Shown piece after piece: positions 18,753 to 28,964 of a DNA stretch of 64,000 nucleotides (position 1 is the stretch's first letter; every line of letters starts with the position of its first letter). Source of the stretch: an uncultured delta proteobacterium. GTDB lineage: Bacteria; Desulfobacterota; RBG-13-43-22. Both the position numbers and the translations under genes were made by a program. The notes beneath the pieces are model-generated. The model worked only from the letters and a program-made list of their open reading frames with translations. It was not told the origin of the DNA and made no database searches. The DNA lies in NCBI GenBank assembly GCA_963790475.1, contig CAWBOS010000013.1, positions 256,001 to 320,000 of the forward strand. The letters run 5' to 3'.

Positions 18753-18872
18753 GAATCGGCCTTTCTCCAGGAAGGGATCCTGGAGGATCGACCACGGCTA
18801 TGAAGTGGGTGGTCACGCCGGAGCAAAGTTGAAAAGAAGTGACACTTTAATTGTTTGAAGAAAGAGCTATTA

Positions 18873-19058
18873 TTCACCGCAAAGCCGCAAAGATCGCAGA
18901 GAGAATTATTTTTATTCAATCCCATGAGAGGTGGGATTGAATAAAACAGCTCAGGCCTCCGGCCAAACAATTACGCGCAGGGTAGCGAAGATTATTGATT
19001 GCCGGCCACTCACCGGCAATCAATAAAAATATTTCTTCTTTGCTCAGCGTCTGGTGAA
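18873..19058. repeat. MITE family A copy
   Basis: TTCACCGCAAAGCCGCAAAGATCGCAGAG start; same internal hairpins; eroded right end. Confidence 0.88.
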
Positions 19059-19137
19059 AATATTTATTTCAAAAAGCTAAACTGATACGAAAAGAAGAAC
19101 CCGCCCCGAAATTTATTCACGAAGACTTGAGGTAAAT

Positions 19138-20010
19138 ATGAAAATCGATTTATCGAAAGTAAAAACCATTGGATCAGGGCTTCTGAGACCGGAAGGAATC
19201 ATGGCCGCCGACGACGGCACGATCTACGCCGCGGATGGGCGGGGCCAATGCGCCCGAATTGAAAAAAACGGCAAAACGACCTTCTTCGGCGAATTGGATG
19301 GCCTGCCCAATGGCCTTTGCCTGGATAAGGAAGGCAACTGTATCGTCGCCAACATCGGCAACGGCCAGGTTCAATCCCTCTCCCCTGACGGAAGGCATAA
19401 AGTATTAATGACCGAAGCCGATGGAAAACAAATGTTCACACCCAACTTTCCTTTTATCGACCTCCAAAATCGACTTTGGGTTTCCAACTCCACCGACCAT
19501 AAGGACCTGGATGCCGCCTTGCGGGGCCCCGTTCCGGATGGGTGCGTCGTGCTTATTGAAAAAGGCCAAGCCCGCATCGTTGCCGGAGGGATTTGTTTTG
19601 CCAATGGATTGACTCCCAACGCCGATGAAAAATATCTCTATGTAGCCGAGACGATGAAAAGGAGGATTCTACGTTATCAGATCGCTCGGGACGGCTCTCT
19701 GTCCGGGGTGGAAGTGTATGGTCCGAATATCCTCGGAGCTCTGGGATACCCTGACGGAATTGCATTTGATGATGCGGGTAACTTGTGGATAACCTTTCCA
19801 AGCTGGAATGCGGTCGGATATTTGACCCCCCGGCAGGAACTGATTATGGTCCTGGAAGACCCGGAAGGAAAAATCCTCAAACGGCCGACCAATATCTGCT
19901 TCGGTTGGGAGGAAAGAAGAACCGCCTTTATCGGCAGTCTGGCTGGAACATCCATTCCCTATTTTCAGGTTCAGTATCCGGGAATGAGACTTATTCATCA
20001 AAAAAGTTAG
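19138..20010 (+). CDS. SMP-30/gluconolactonase/LRE family protein
   Basis: RPEG, PNG, FANGL, PDGIAFD beta-propeller motifs. Confidence 0.88.
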   Translation: MKIDLSKVKTIGSGLLRPEGIMAADDGTIYAADGRGQCARIEKNGKTTFFGELDGLPNGLCLDKEGNCIVANIGNGQVQSLSPDGRHKVLMTEADGKQMFTPNFPFIDLQNRLWVSNSTDHKDLDAALRGPVPDGCVVLIEKGQARIVAGGICFANGLTPNADEKYLYVAETMKRRILRYQIARDGSLSGVEVYGPNILGALGYPDGIAFDDAGNLWITFPSWNAVGYLTPRQELIMVLEDPEGKILKRPTNICFGWEERRTAFIGSLAGTSIPYFQVQYPGMRLIHQKS

Positions 20011-20398
20011 CCCATTCGAAAACGGGTAAATTTGAAAAAAGAAAATGAAAACATCCCGCGTCTTTATCCGAAAACTTCTTTCTGTATTCCTCATCAAGTT
20101 GGTAGGAGATTTAAGCCATTGGCAAGCCAACCAGATACTACACATTCAAAAGTAAAGCCCCCGCATTTCAGACTAGTCAGATTTTCGGATTCCTTTTACT
20201 TGGTTACCTAATTGTTTTAACCTTGATTTTTTCTTTTTCTTTCCTTACACTAGTGTAATACAAAAGAAAATTATAATCATAAGTTAATAATTATTGTTAA
20301 TATCTGAAATAATAATTAAATTGGGGGTTCCATGAATCCACAATGTTCTTTTATGATAAACCGATTATCACAGAAACCCATCTGACAGGAGACTTGCT

Positions 20399-21007
20399 AT
20401 GTCAAGATTGATGGTAGTGGTATTTGTATTATTCGTCTTACTGAGTTTCAATTCGGCACAGGCCAATAGCCTCATCAATAATGGCAACAACCTCATCTAT
20501 GACTTTGACCTTGGTATCACCTGGTATAATCCAAGTTCCACCAACATGACCTGGGACCAGGCAATGTCGTGGGCAGAGAACCTGGCTATAGGGGACGCGG
20601 CAGACTGGCGGCTGCCCACAGCGTTTAACAGGGATGGAAGCCCTCCCACAGGGAATTATCCTCAAGACGCAAATGAATTGGGGTATTTGTACTACAAGGA
20701 ATTGGGTAATGTTGCAGACAATGCCAACCTAAATTCAGGCCCCTTTTCCAATCTTCAATCAATCAACTACTGGACAAACACGGAAGTGACAAGTTATAAA
20801 AGCAATGCGTGGGCTTTCAGCTTCAAGTATGGCTATTTAGGCTTTGCCGATAAGAATCCGAATAGCACCATTATCCAGTACTATTCCGCTATGGCCGTTC
20901 ATTCAGGCAATATCAGCGTCACTCAAATCCCCGAACCCGCTACCCTTCTTCTTCTTGGCTCCGGACTGATTGGGCTTTTGGGATTCAAAAGGAAGTTTAG
21001 GAAATAA
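20399..21007 (+). CDS. PEP-CTERM protein with Lcl/DUF1566-like domain
   Basis: Signal peptide; TWDQAMSWA, WRLPT; IPEPATLLLLGSGLIGLLGFKRKFRK. Confidence 0.9.
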   Translation: MSRLMVVVFVLFVLLSFNSAQANSLINNGNNLIYDFDLGITWYNPSSTNMTWDQAMSWAENLAIGDAADWRLPTAFNRDGSPPTGNYPQDANELGYLYYKELGNVADNANLNSGPFSNLQSINYWTNTEVTSYKSNAWAFSFKYGYLGFADKNPNSTIIQYYSAMAVHSGNISVTQIPEPATLLLLGSGLIGLLGFKRKFRK

Positions 21008-21049
21008 TTTCATCATCATCTCTTTACTCAAAGGGATGGTCATTTTCAG

Positions 21050-21445
21050 ATTCCCGAAGGGCTCAAAGATCTACGCTGCCTGCGTTTGTTTTTTGATGCC
21101 GAAGACTCTGTAAAGCGAAAAAAAAGCCTGTTTGAAAAGGAATATGGGGTTGTGCCGGAATTTAAGGCCGGGGTGCACTGTGGAAAAGTCGTGTCGGGGG
21201 AGATGGGCAGTACCAAGATGGAAATTGCTTTCCTGGGAGACGTCATTAACACTGCTGCCCGAATCGAAGGTGAATGCAATCCTCACCGGAAGCCATTGCT
21301 AATTTCGAATGATCTGCAGCAAAAATTGAGTCTGGAGAAAGAGTATCGGAGTGAGAAGATAGGGAATATCAACCTACGGGGCAGGATGGAAAAAATCGAA
21401 TTGTATGCCATCGAAAGGGATCCCGCGCCGCAGGGGACGTTGTAA
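21050..21445 (+). pseudogene. C-terminal half of a class III adenylate/guanylate cyclase
   Basis: KAGVHCGKVVSGEMG, FLGDVINTAARIE, LRGR present; both metal-binding Asp motifs missing. Confidence 0.75.
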
Positions 21446-21639
21446 CCTCCAGGCGAACCTACTGCTCTTGAATTTCAGACAGACTCAGCAGATTCAGCTT
21501 CCTTCCACCTCGTTTCCGAATTGCTTTCACCTTGACCGAGTCTTTTTCTTTTCTTATAATCTTTTGATCAAAAAGAAATTTCTCACCAAATCGTACTTTA
21601 GTAATTCTACGATCAATATGAATATTTACTAAGTGGAGG

Positions 21640-22860
21640 ATGAAATTTTCGCCTGAAAGGAAAAAGGCAATGAGAATCGGAATAAACCTGCTCTTGGCCA
21701 TAATGCTGTTGGTCTGTGTTTGTTCAAGCCAGGCCCGGGAGGCGTCAGTACCGAGGTTATACCGGGATCTTTATCAGAGCCTGGACGCGAAACTAACCCA
21801 GGCGGCGCGAGTTTTCGGGAAACCGGATAAAGCATTTCAGCCGACATTTGGTGTTGAGTTGACCGCGGCTAATGGCAATCGCGGACTTCAGTTGCTGAAC
21901 CCCGGTATACGGCAGGGGGTTTCGCTGAACCTTGACGCCTTTCAGTCAATGGGGGTGACCGGCGTCACGGTGGCTGTCTGTTTTCCAATGTTCTTGAAGG
22001 ACTTCCCAAACTCGGCTGACTATCTGGCTTTCTATAAGTGGGTCATTACCGAGGCCCGTCAGCGCCACCTCAAGGTTCTCTTCAAGATTGGCGAGGCCTT
22101 TCATGATCCCGTGCATGGTCACCTGCCCGTCAGCGAATTTTACAGGAATCTAACGCCGGAACGCTTCATGCGCCAAAAACGGGAAATGATCGAGATCGCG
22201 CTCCGTGAATTACAGCCGGATTTTCTCACCGTGGCCAACGAACCGGACACTTCGGCCATGAACACCTCTCTTGATTTCTCGCCGGATCACTATATTCGAT
22301 ATGTGCAGGCCTTCACCAAAGGCCTGACGCGTGGAAAGACGAAGATCGGGGCCGGTGCGGGAACCTGGAGTCCGTTGACCTATTGGACCCGACTGGCCCG
22401 GGAAACGGATGTGGATTATCTGGATATGCACATTTATCCGGTAAACTTTGATTTTTTCGCAAGTCGGCCGCTGGAAGTCGCCGACTTGGCGGCGAAAAAC
22501 AACAAGTCGCTCGTCATCGGTGAAGGCTGGCTTTACAAAAGCCGTGACAGAGAACTCGGCAAGTCCGGGTTGAGCTATCTGGAATTATATTCCCGCGATG
22601 TGTTTTCCTTCTGGGCACCTTTGGACTCCAAGTTCATTGGCGATCTGGTCCAATACAGCCGCGCCCATCAGGTCGAATATATGTCCCTCTTCTGGGTGCA
22701 GTATCTTTTTGGTTACCTGGATTACACACCGGCCCTGGCCCAGGCAGCGCCGGGCGAGTTGCAACAGCTCGGCGTTCGATCAGCCGTCGGCAATATTGTT
22801 GCCAAGAAGCCCTCGTCAACGGGAAAGGCCTATCAAGGTTACATCTCTGGGCCACAGTAA
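21640..22860 (+). CDS. Secreted glycoside hydrolase-like TIM-barrel protein
   Basis: Signal peptide; ANEP, DMHIYP and VIGEG motifs resemble clan GH-A. Confidence 0.6.
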   Translation: MKFSPERKKAMRIGINLLLAIMLLVCVCSSQAREASVPRLYRDLYQSLDAKLTQAARVFGKPDKAFQPTFGVELTAANGNRGLQLLNPGIRQGVSLNLDAFQSMGVTGVTVAVCFPMFLKDFPNSADYLAFYKWVITEARQRHLKVLFKIGEAFHDPVHGHLPVSEFYRNLTPERFMRQKREMIEIALRELQPDFLTVANEPDTSAMNTSLDFSPDHYIRYVQAFTKGLTRGKTKIGAGAGTWSPLTYWTRLARETDVDYLDMHIYPVNFDFFASRPLEVADLAAKNNKSLVIGEGWLYKSRDRELGKSGLSYLELYSRDVFSFWAPLDSKFIGDLVQYSRAHQVEYMSLFWVQYLFGYLDYTPALAQAAPGELQQLGVRSAVGNIVAKKPSSTGKAYQGYISGPQ

Positions 22861-23027
22861 GATTTAAAAAAAGTGAAGAAATTAGTTTCAAATAGAGGTA
22901 TAGTTGTGCACCATCAAAAAAAAGTCTTTTGTAACAATTTAGACCTATGAAAAAAAGTATTTAGAATTTCCAAAAGACAAACAGATACATTTCTTCTATA
23001 GTACCGGGAGGAACCTAAGAAATCAAA

Positions 23028-23699
23028 ATGCAATCCGAACTGGAAAAGGATCTTGTTTATTTAGGGCTGATGGATAAGGCCAGAGAGATCTATGATGAGC
23101 TGGGAGAGCAGGCGGCTCTATCTTATATCAAGTCCAGCTATCGTCTTCTCAGCAAAGTATATCATCCCGATTTGAACCCCTTGAACGGAGAGAAGGCCCT
23201 GAAAGCGCAACAAAGACTAAACCAGATCAGTGAACGGATCAGCCGGCTGAAAGATGAAGAGATTATCGAGGTTCTTTTAAAAAGAGAAACTCCGGCCATC
23301 GTTCAGGACGTTCAAGAAAAACAGGACAAAAAAAAGATCCTGGTCGTGGAAGACGAATTTGGCCTTCATGAAATTTTCCGAGAAATTTTCCACATGGAGG
23401 GCTACGAGGTTCGGATCGCTACCAATGGCCTGGAGGGTTTTGAAATTTACAAGCAGTTCAAGCCGGACCTGGTCTTTACCGACATTATCATGCCTGAAAT
23501 GGACGGACTGGAGCTGGTCAGTAAAATAAGGGAAATTGATCCGCGAATAAAAGTCATTTATATGAGCGGTTTCTTCGGAATAAAGAATTTAAAGGAAAAA
23601 ATTAGAGAAGACGTTGAACAATATGGTTATCTTACTTTTTCAAAGCCATTCAAACTCAGCACTATGCTCGAAATTGTCAAAGAATATCTAAACCCTTGA
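23028..23699 (+). CDS. J-like (HPD) domain fused to a response regulator receiver domain
   Basis: IKSSYRLLSKVYHPDLN; ILVVEDE, DIIMPEMDG, SKPF. Confidence 0.8.
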   Translation: MQSELEKDLVYLGLMDKAREIYDELGEQAALSYIKSSYRLLSKVYHPDLNPLNGEKALKAQQRLNQISERISRLKDEEIIEVLLKRETPAIVQDVQEKQDKKKILVVEDEFGLHEIFREIFHMEGYEVRIATNGLEGFEIYKQFKPDLVFTDIIMPEMDGLELVSKIREIDPRIKVIYMSGFFGIKNLKEKIREDVEQYGYLTFSKPFKLSTMLEIVKEYLNP

Positions 23700-23701
23700 G
23701 C

Positions 23702-23851
23702 CTCTTGTAAAAGTCGAGAAAATATGAATTTCTCATTCAATAGGGCAGCCCCGCCCAAGCGGGTCTGACATCTATTGATTTCAACCCATTGTCAGGCAAT
23801 CCCGCCAAAGGCGGGACTGACCTATTTTAAAATAATGGACTTCTGCAAGAG
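23702..23851. repeat. MITE family C with internal REP-like palindromes
   Basis: TIR CTCTTGTAAAAGTC / GACTTCTGCAAGAG; CCCGCC-AAAG-GCGGG hairpins. Confidence 0.7.
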
Positions 23852-23943
23852 ACTACCTGGAATCAAAAAAACCAAGAAGTTCCCGATTCACCAGTGCCGA
23901 GAGAAAGAATCGGTTTTGATGAATTGAAGAATATCACTCTTAA

Positions 23944-24540
23944 ATGGAGGAAGAAAAAGTGGAAGAAAAGTCATCGAAAAAGCAGGTCCTGGTCATTCTC
24001 GGAAGTCCCCGGAAAAAAGGGAACAGCGCCATATTGGCCGAACAAATTTCCAAGGGAGCCCGGTCTACCGGGGTAAAAGTGGAAACCATATTTCTGCAGG
24101 GCCTTAAGATCGCTCCCTGTCAGTCCTGCTATGCCTGCCAAAAACATAACAGCAAGGGTTGTGCGATCAAGGACGACATGCAGTCTATATATTTAAAGCT
24201 GATTAAAGCGGAGGCCTGGGTCATCGCCAGCCCGGTTTACTGGTTTACCATGTCCGCGCAAACCAAGATTTTTATGGACCGTTGTTTCGCCCTGGCCGCT
24301 TATGCCAAAAATGCCTTTTTAGGCAAGCGTATTGCCATCGCCATGAGTTACGGCGATACGGATCCCTTTTCTTCCGGGGGGGTGAATGCCCTGCGCACTT
24401 TTCAAGATGCTTTCCGGTATACCGGCTCCAAGATTGTCGGGATGGTCTATGGGAGTGCCATGAACGCCGGGGATATTAAATTGAATGAGGTTTTGATGCA
24501 AGAAGCGGAAAATCTGGGGAAACGGTTGGTTAAAAATTAA
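23944..24540 (+). CDS. Iron-sulfur flavoprotein (flavodoxin family)
   Basis: GSPRKKGNS, CQSCYAC...C, ASPVYW. Confidence 0.9.
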   Translation: MEEEKVEEKSSKKQVLVILGSPRKKGNSAILAEQISKGARSTGVKVETIFLQGLKIAPCQSCYACQKHNSKGCAIKDDMQSIYLKLIKAEAWVIASPVYWFTMSAQTKIFMDRCFALAAYAKNAFLGKRIAIAMSYGDTDPFSSGGVNALRTFQDAFRYTGSKIVGMVYGSAMNAGDIKLNEVLMQEAENLGKRLVKN

Positions 24541-24553
24541 AAGGCGGCCGAAA

Positions 24554-25171
24554 ATGAATAATCCGGTCAGGGCCGATCAGTTTTATGTTTGGTTTGACAC
24601 CGAGTACTCCACTTTGGAACTGGAAACCGCCTTACTGCTGCAAGTGGCGGCCCTGGTCACCGATACCTCGCTCCAGCGGGTGTTGCCCCCGGAGCAGGAT
24701 ATCCGGTTGACCATAAAGGTCCCTGCCGGTGGAACACTCAGCCCCTGGGTTGAGCAGCATCTGCCGGATTTAGTTAGGGCCAGCAGATCTTCAGAGGCGG
24801 TGGATATCGAAGTTGCCGATAGACGCCTTTCCGCCTATGTGGATGCGGCGGTTGGTTTTCCTGCCGAGCGGGAGAACCAGCGACCGGCACTGGCAGGTAA
24901 CACGATCCATGCCGACTGGTGGTTAATCCGCCGCTTCCTGCCCCGATTCCTTAGCCGCTTGCATTACCGCCATCTGGATGTGACCGCATTCAAATTGGAA
25001 TGGAAGCATCTCCATCCCGAAAAGGAATTTGAAAAGGAAAATCCGGAGATCATCGGCCGCTATTTTCCCGAGGCCGTTTTACCTGCTTCAGACGGGCGCC
25101 ATGACGCCTACTATGACCTGCAGGCCTCGGTTGCCGAACTGGCCTTTTATCGCCGGTTTCTCTTTCGGTAG
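24554..25171 (+). CDS. Oligoribonuclease-like DEDDh exonuclease
   Basis: VWFDTEYS, LAGNTIHAD, LHYRHLDV, HDAYYD. Confidence 0.75.
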   Translation: MNNPVRADQFYVWFDTEYSTLELETALLLQVAALVTDTSLQRVLPPEQDIRLTIKVPAGGTLSPWVEQHLPDLVRASRSSEAVDIEVADRRLSAYVDAAVGFPAERENQRPALAGNTIHADWWLIRRFLPRFLSRLHYRHLDVTAFKLEWKHLHPEKEFEKENPEIIGRYFPEAVLPASDGRHDAYYDLQASVAELAFYRRFLFR

Positions 25172-25277
25172 ATTACCTTTACGCTTGACTATCCCCCCAC
25201 CTGGTGAGGTATAATTTTATCCTCAACGTTGCTTAGACCTGAAATTATTTTTATCCTAAACAGGATATTATGTATCT

Positions 25278-25718
25278 ATGAAAAATCCCGAAACTGGACT
25301 GATGGAAGATAGACGGAAAAAACCGACCCCCATGCTGAGTCCCTACACCTTGAACGGACGAAGAAAGGGATTCTCTAACCAAAATGGTTTTCCAAAAGAG
25401 GGGTATGTGGATCACTATGGTCCCACATTGCTGGTTTTTTTGGTTTTGATCTTAGGGTTGAATTGTCTTGACTCCTTCTTCACCCTGAAGATTCTGCAAT
25501 ATGGGGGCCGGGAATTGAATCCCATTATGGAATCGATCATTGCTCTTTTGGGTGAAAAATTTTGGGTCTGGAAATTTGCGATCATTTCCTTTTCTTCCAT
25601 TATCCTTTGTCTCCACAGCCAATATAAAGGGGTCAAAACCGCCATCTGGCTGCTTTGTTTTATATATATCGGATTAATAGGCTACCAGCTTATCGTCATC
25701 ACGATCAATAACCTTTAA
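25278..25718 (+). CDS. DUF5658-like membrane protein
   Basis: LDSFFT...GGRELNPIM motif; 3 TM segments. Confidence 0.7.
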   Translation: MKNPETGLMEDRRKKPTPMLSPYTLNGRRKGFSNQNGFPKEGYVDHYGPTLLVFLVLILGLNCLDSFFTLKILQYGGRELNPIMESIIALLGEKFWVWKFAIISFSSIILCLHSQYKGVKTAIWLLCFIYIGLIGYQLIVITINNL

Positions 25719-25873
25719 CGTCAAGAATTGTCTTCGGGAAGCAACACTTCCTTTAATGCTGATGTCTTGTTTTCCTCCTTCCCCCTTCATAGGATTTATT
25801 TGTTGATCTTCGAGCCACTTGCAAAAGTCCATTCTTTTTAAAATAGGTCAAATAGATGTCAACTCACCGAACC

Positions 25874-26302
25874 TCAGGTAGACGACCCGACCGATCCTGA
25901 CGAATCATCAATTTTAATCATCAGGGCTATCGTATGCAGGTCTTTAGAAACCGGCCGGGTTTGGCCTAAAGACCATTCCCCAAATCCGAAACCATTCCCG
26001 AGGAGTTGTTCCAATTCTTTAACCAACCCCTTGATATTGATGATCGGGTGACGGGAAAAGACTTCCGGAAGCCCATAGGTGAGATTACAGACCAGACATT
26101 TTCCCGGTCGTTCTTTCAATTCCAGCTCAAACAGGAGTATTCCGCGGGTTGAATCATATTTTTTGAACTTCAAGCCGATGGTATAGGCCCCCTCCTGGAT
26201 GTCTCCGTAAAGGGCCTCAAAGAATTGATCCGCCCGAGCCTCCGGAAAAATATTCCCCAATACCTGATCTGAAAAAATTGCACTGAATTCCTTTCCTTCC
26301 AT
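25874..26302 (-). CDS. Conserved hypothetical protein
   Basis: GGAGG RBS; FFEALYGD, RPGKCLVCNLTYGLP. Confidence 0.75.
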   Translation of the reverse strand: MEGKEFSAIFSDQVLGNIFPEARADQFFEALYGDIQEGAYTIGLKFKKYDSTRGILLFELELKERPGKCLVCNLTYGLPEVFSRHPIINIKGLVKELEQLLGNGFGFGEWSLGQTRPVSKDLHTIALMIKIDDSSGSVGSST

Positions 26303-26334
26303 GATTTATCCTCCATCCCCCTCCTGGTCCACAA

Positions 26335-26493
26335 TCATCTGGCAGCCATGCGCATCCCGTCATCCAGGCGGATGACCTCACCGTTCAACAGGGGATTCTC
26401 GATGATATGGGCAGCCAGCCGGGCATATTCCACGGCCCGCCCCAACCTTTTTGGAAAGCCGGTGATTAAAGCCACCCGATCTTTGATTTCCAT
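26335..26493 (-). pseudogene. HSD10-type 3-hydroxyacyl-CoA dehydrogenase collapsed by an in-frame internal deletion (52 aa)
   Basis: [21 protein letters not shown] fused directly to [40 protein letters not shown]-stop. Confidence 0.8.
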
Positions 26494-26620
26494 CAAGTCT
26501 CTCCTTCCCCATTTTTCGCTTGCTTCAGGCCGGCGCCTATCTTATACTTCTTCGTTCCAAAAGCCAATTATTTTCATTCCCCAAATTGAGTCACCAGCCC
26601 TGACAACGACAGGAGGTTTA

Positions 26621-27781
26621 ATGAAATATCGAAAATTTGGAAAACTGGATTGGGAGGTTTCTGCCCTGGGTTTCGGGGCCATGCGTCTGCCGGTCCTGGG
26701 CCAGAACCCGGCAGCCGGAAATCCGGATATCAATGAACCCGAAGCCATCAGGATGATTCGTCAGGCCATCGAACAGGGTGTAAATTACCTGGATACGGCC
26801 TATCCCTATCACGGCGGGAAAAGCGAGGTGGCTGTTGGTAAGGCCTTAAAGGACGGTTACCGTGAAAAAATAAAACTGGCCACCAAAATGCCATCCTGGT
26901 TTATTTTAGAATATACGGATTTTGATAAATATTTAAATGAGCAACTGACAAAACTACAGACCGACCGTATTGATTTCTATTTATTACACGGTTTGAATAA
27001 ACAGCATTGGCCGAAATTGCGCGACCTGGAGGTCTTGAAGTGGGCTGACAACACCATCAAAGACGGCCGGATCGGCTACCTCGGCTTTTCGTTTCATGAT
27101 GACCTGGCTACTTTCAAACAGATCATTGACGGTTATGACCGCTGGACTTTTTGTCAGATTCAATACAATTTTATGGATATTGAATACCAGGCCGGAACCA
27201 GCGGATTGAAATATGCGGCCGATAAAGGCCTGGCCGTGGTGATTATGGAGCCTTTGAGGGGCGGACAAATATCCAAAGAGCCGCCGGATTCCGTTAAAGA
27301 AATATGGAAAAGGTCACCGATAAGAAGATCAGCGGCGGATTGGGCCTTGCAGTGGCTTTGGAATCAGCCGGAGGTATCCGTGGTCCTCAGCGGAATGACC
27401 ACCATGGAGCAGGTTATTGAAAATACTGCCAGCGCCGAACACTCCGCCATCGGTTCCCTGGGGGCTGAGGACTTGGCGCTGATCGATGAAGCCCGTAATC
27501 AATACCGAAAACTCAGCCCCATCCCCTGTACCGGCTGCGAGTATTGCATGCCCTGTCCGAACGAGGTAAACATTCCCCATGCCTTTCATTACTACAATGA
27601 TGCCATAATGTACGATGACCCTCGAACGGCCAGATTCCGCTATCGTGAGAAATCCAGGGAAGCCTGGGCGGACAATTGTATCGAATGCCTCGAGTGCGAG
27701 GAGAAATGCCCCCAGCAGATCCCCATTGCCGAATGGCTTAAGAAGGCCCATGAATATCTGGGACCCAGGAAAAAAACATAA
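26621..27781 (+). CDS. Aldo/keto reductase with C-terminal 4Fe-4S domain
   Basis: LGFGAMRLP, DTAYPYH, CTGCEYCMPCP, CIECLECEEKCP; AGGAGG RBS. Confidence 0.92.
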   Translation: MKYRKFGKLDWEVSALGFGAMRLPVLGQNPAAGNPDINEPEAIRMIRQAIEQGVNYLDTAYPYHGGKSEVAVGKALKDGYREKIKLATKMPSWFILEYTDFDKYLNEQLTKLQTDRIDFYLLHGLNKQHWPKLRDLEVLKWADNTIKDGRIGYLGFSFHDDLATFKQIIDGYDRWTFCQIQYNFMDIEYQAGTSGLKYAADKGLAVVIMEPLRGGQISKEPPDSVKEIWKRSPIRRSAADWALQWLWNQPEVSVVLSGMTTMEQVIENTASAEHSAIGSLGAEDLALIDEARNQYRKLSPIPCTGCEYCMPCPNEVNIPHAFHYYNDAIMYDDPRTARFRYREKSREAWADNCIECLECEEKCPQQIPIAEWLKKAHEYLGPRKKT

Positions 27782-27819
27782 GAATATCCTCAAGAGAGTG
27801 ATTTTAAACAACGGATTGA

Positions 27820-27893
27820 AGGGCTCAGTTTTTAGTTTGGAGTCTTTAGTTCGGAGTAAAAACTCAATACCCCGAACTCTGAACTAATCACTT
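27820..27893. repeat. Hairpin of degenerate 7-mer tandem repeats
   Basis: AGTTTTT/AGTTTGG/AGTTCGG arm versus CCGAACT/CTGAACT arm. Confidence 0.6.
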
Positions 27894-27960
27894 ATCTGCA
27901 AACCAATTGATGGAAAAACCAAACTATAAAACAAAAACAGTTAAGAAACGGGAGGAATGA

Positions 27961-28833
27961 ATGAATTGGGTAACGATAGATCAGGAAAAATGCAACCAAT
28001 GCGGGATATGCGCCAGAAGGTGTCCGCGGTGTTATACGAATACCGACGGAGTGATTACCGTTCAGGCCGATGAAGAATGCTGCAACCTGTGCGGTCACTG
28101 CGTGGCCCTTTGTAAAACCTCGGCCATTACTCACAGCCGGATGGACATGGACAATTTCCCTCCGGTCGGCGCTCCGGTTCCATTGGAAGCGGATGATTTC
28201 ATCCGATTGGTCCGACAGCGAAGAAGCTACAGGGCCTATAAGAGCAAGGCCGTTCCCCGTCAGGACCTGGAAAAATTAATGGAAATGTGCCGTTATTGTC
28301 CCACCGGGAGCAACCTCCAGACCGTGCAGATCAAGATCATCACCGACGGTGGAAAGATTAAAAATTTATCCGATCTTACGGTTGACTATTTTATGGAGAT
28401 GATCAATCAGGTGGATAGAATAATAATGGAGATGACTTCGCAGGGCCGGAAAATTCCCAAGGATCTGGCTGAACAGAAGTTTTTCGTCGATCGATATCGA
28501 CGGCTGGAAATGGCCAAGGAACTGGGGATCGACCCCATTTTACATAAGGCCCCGGTGGTGTTGATTTTCCACTCACCCCCCAACCCCAGTACACCCAAAG
28601 ATGATTGTGTGATCGCCGCCCAGACCGTGGTCCTGGGCGCGATGACTATGGGTCTGGGTACCTGTTATATCGGTCTCTTGACCAAGGCCGCTATCGACTA
28701 TCCCCCGCTTCAAAAGGCCCTGGATCTGCCTCCGGGAAACACGGTCCATAGTGTCCTGGTTCTGGGGTATCCCCGGCTCAAGTTCCAGAAAGCCGTGGAT
28801 CGAAAACCCTTGACGATTCAGTGGGAAGAATAG
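27961..28833 (+). CDS. Nitroreductase family protein with N-terminal ferredoxin
   Basis: Two CxxCxxCxxxC motifs; RRSYRAY, CPTGSN. Confidence 0.92.
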   Translation: MNWVTIDQEKCNQCGICARRCPRCYTNTDGVITVQADEECCNLCGHCVALCKTSAITHSRMDMDNFPPVGAPVPLEADDFIRLVRQRRSYRAYKSKAVPRQDLEKLMEMCRYCPTGSNLQTVQIKIITDGGKIKNLSDLTVDYFMEMINQVDRIIMEMTSQGRKIPKDLAEQKFFVDRYRRLEMAKELGIDPILHKAPVVLIFHSPPNPSTPKDDCVIAAQTVVLGAMTMGLGTCYIGLLTKAAIDYPPLQKALDLPPGNTVHSVLVLGYPRLKFQKAVDRKPLTIQWEE

Positions 28834-28883
28834 ATAACCAGGCTATAGGCAAGAGGGAGTGCAGGAAGGTTGGTCATTGAAGG

Positions 28884-28953
28884 CTATCTATTGTCCCACC
28901 AACGGGACAATAGATAGATTTGTTTCTTTGCGCTCTTAGGGTTTTGCGGTGAA
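28884..28953. repeat. Partial MITE family A (one hairpin plus terminus)
   Basis: CTATCTATTGTCCC...GGGACAATAGATAG and TTTTGCGGTGAA. Confidence 0.65.
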
Positions 28954-28964
28954 TGACCAGTCTT

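Noticed and set aside
18796-18809. GGCTATGAAGTGGG match to leader copy 2
   Set aside because: No palindrome or terminator follows; likely chance or a coding remnant
20045-20155. 36-codon ORF MKTSRVFIRKLLSVFLI...
   Set aside because: No RBS or recognisable family; insufficient support
26348-26620. Long N-terminal extension of the aldo/keto reductase ORF
   Set aside because: Overlaps the antisense SDR remnant; strong RBS sits before ATG 26621
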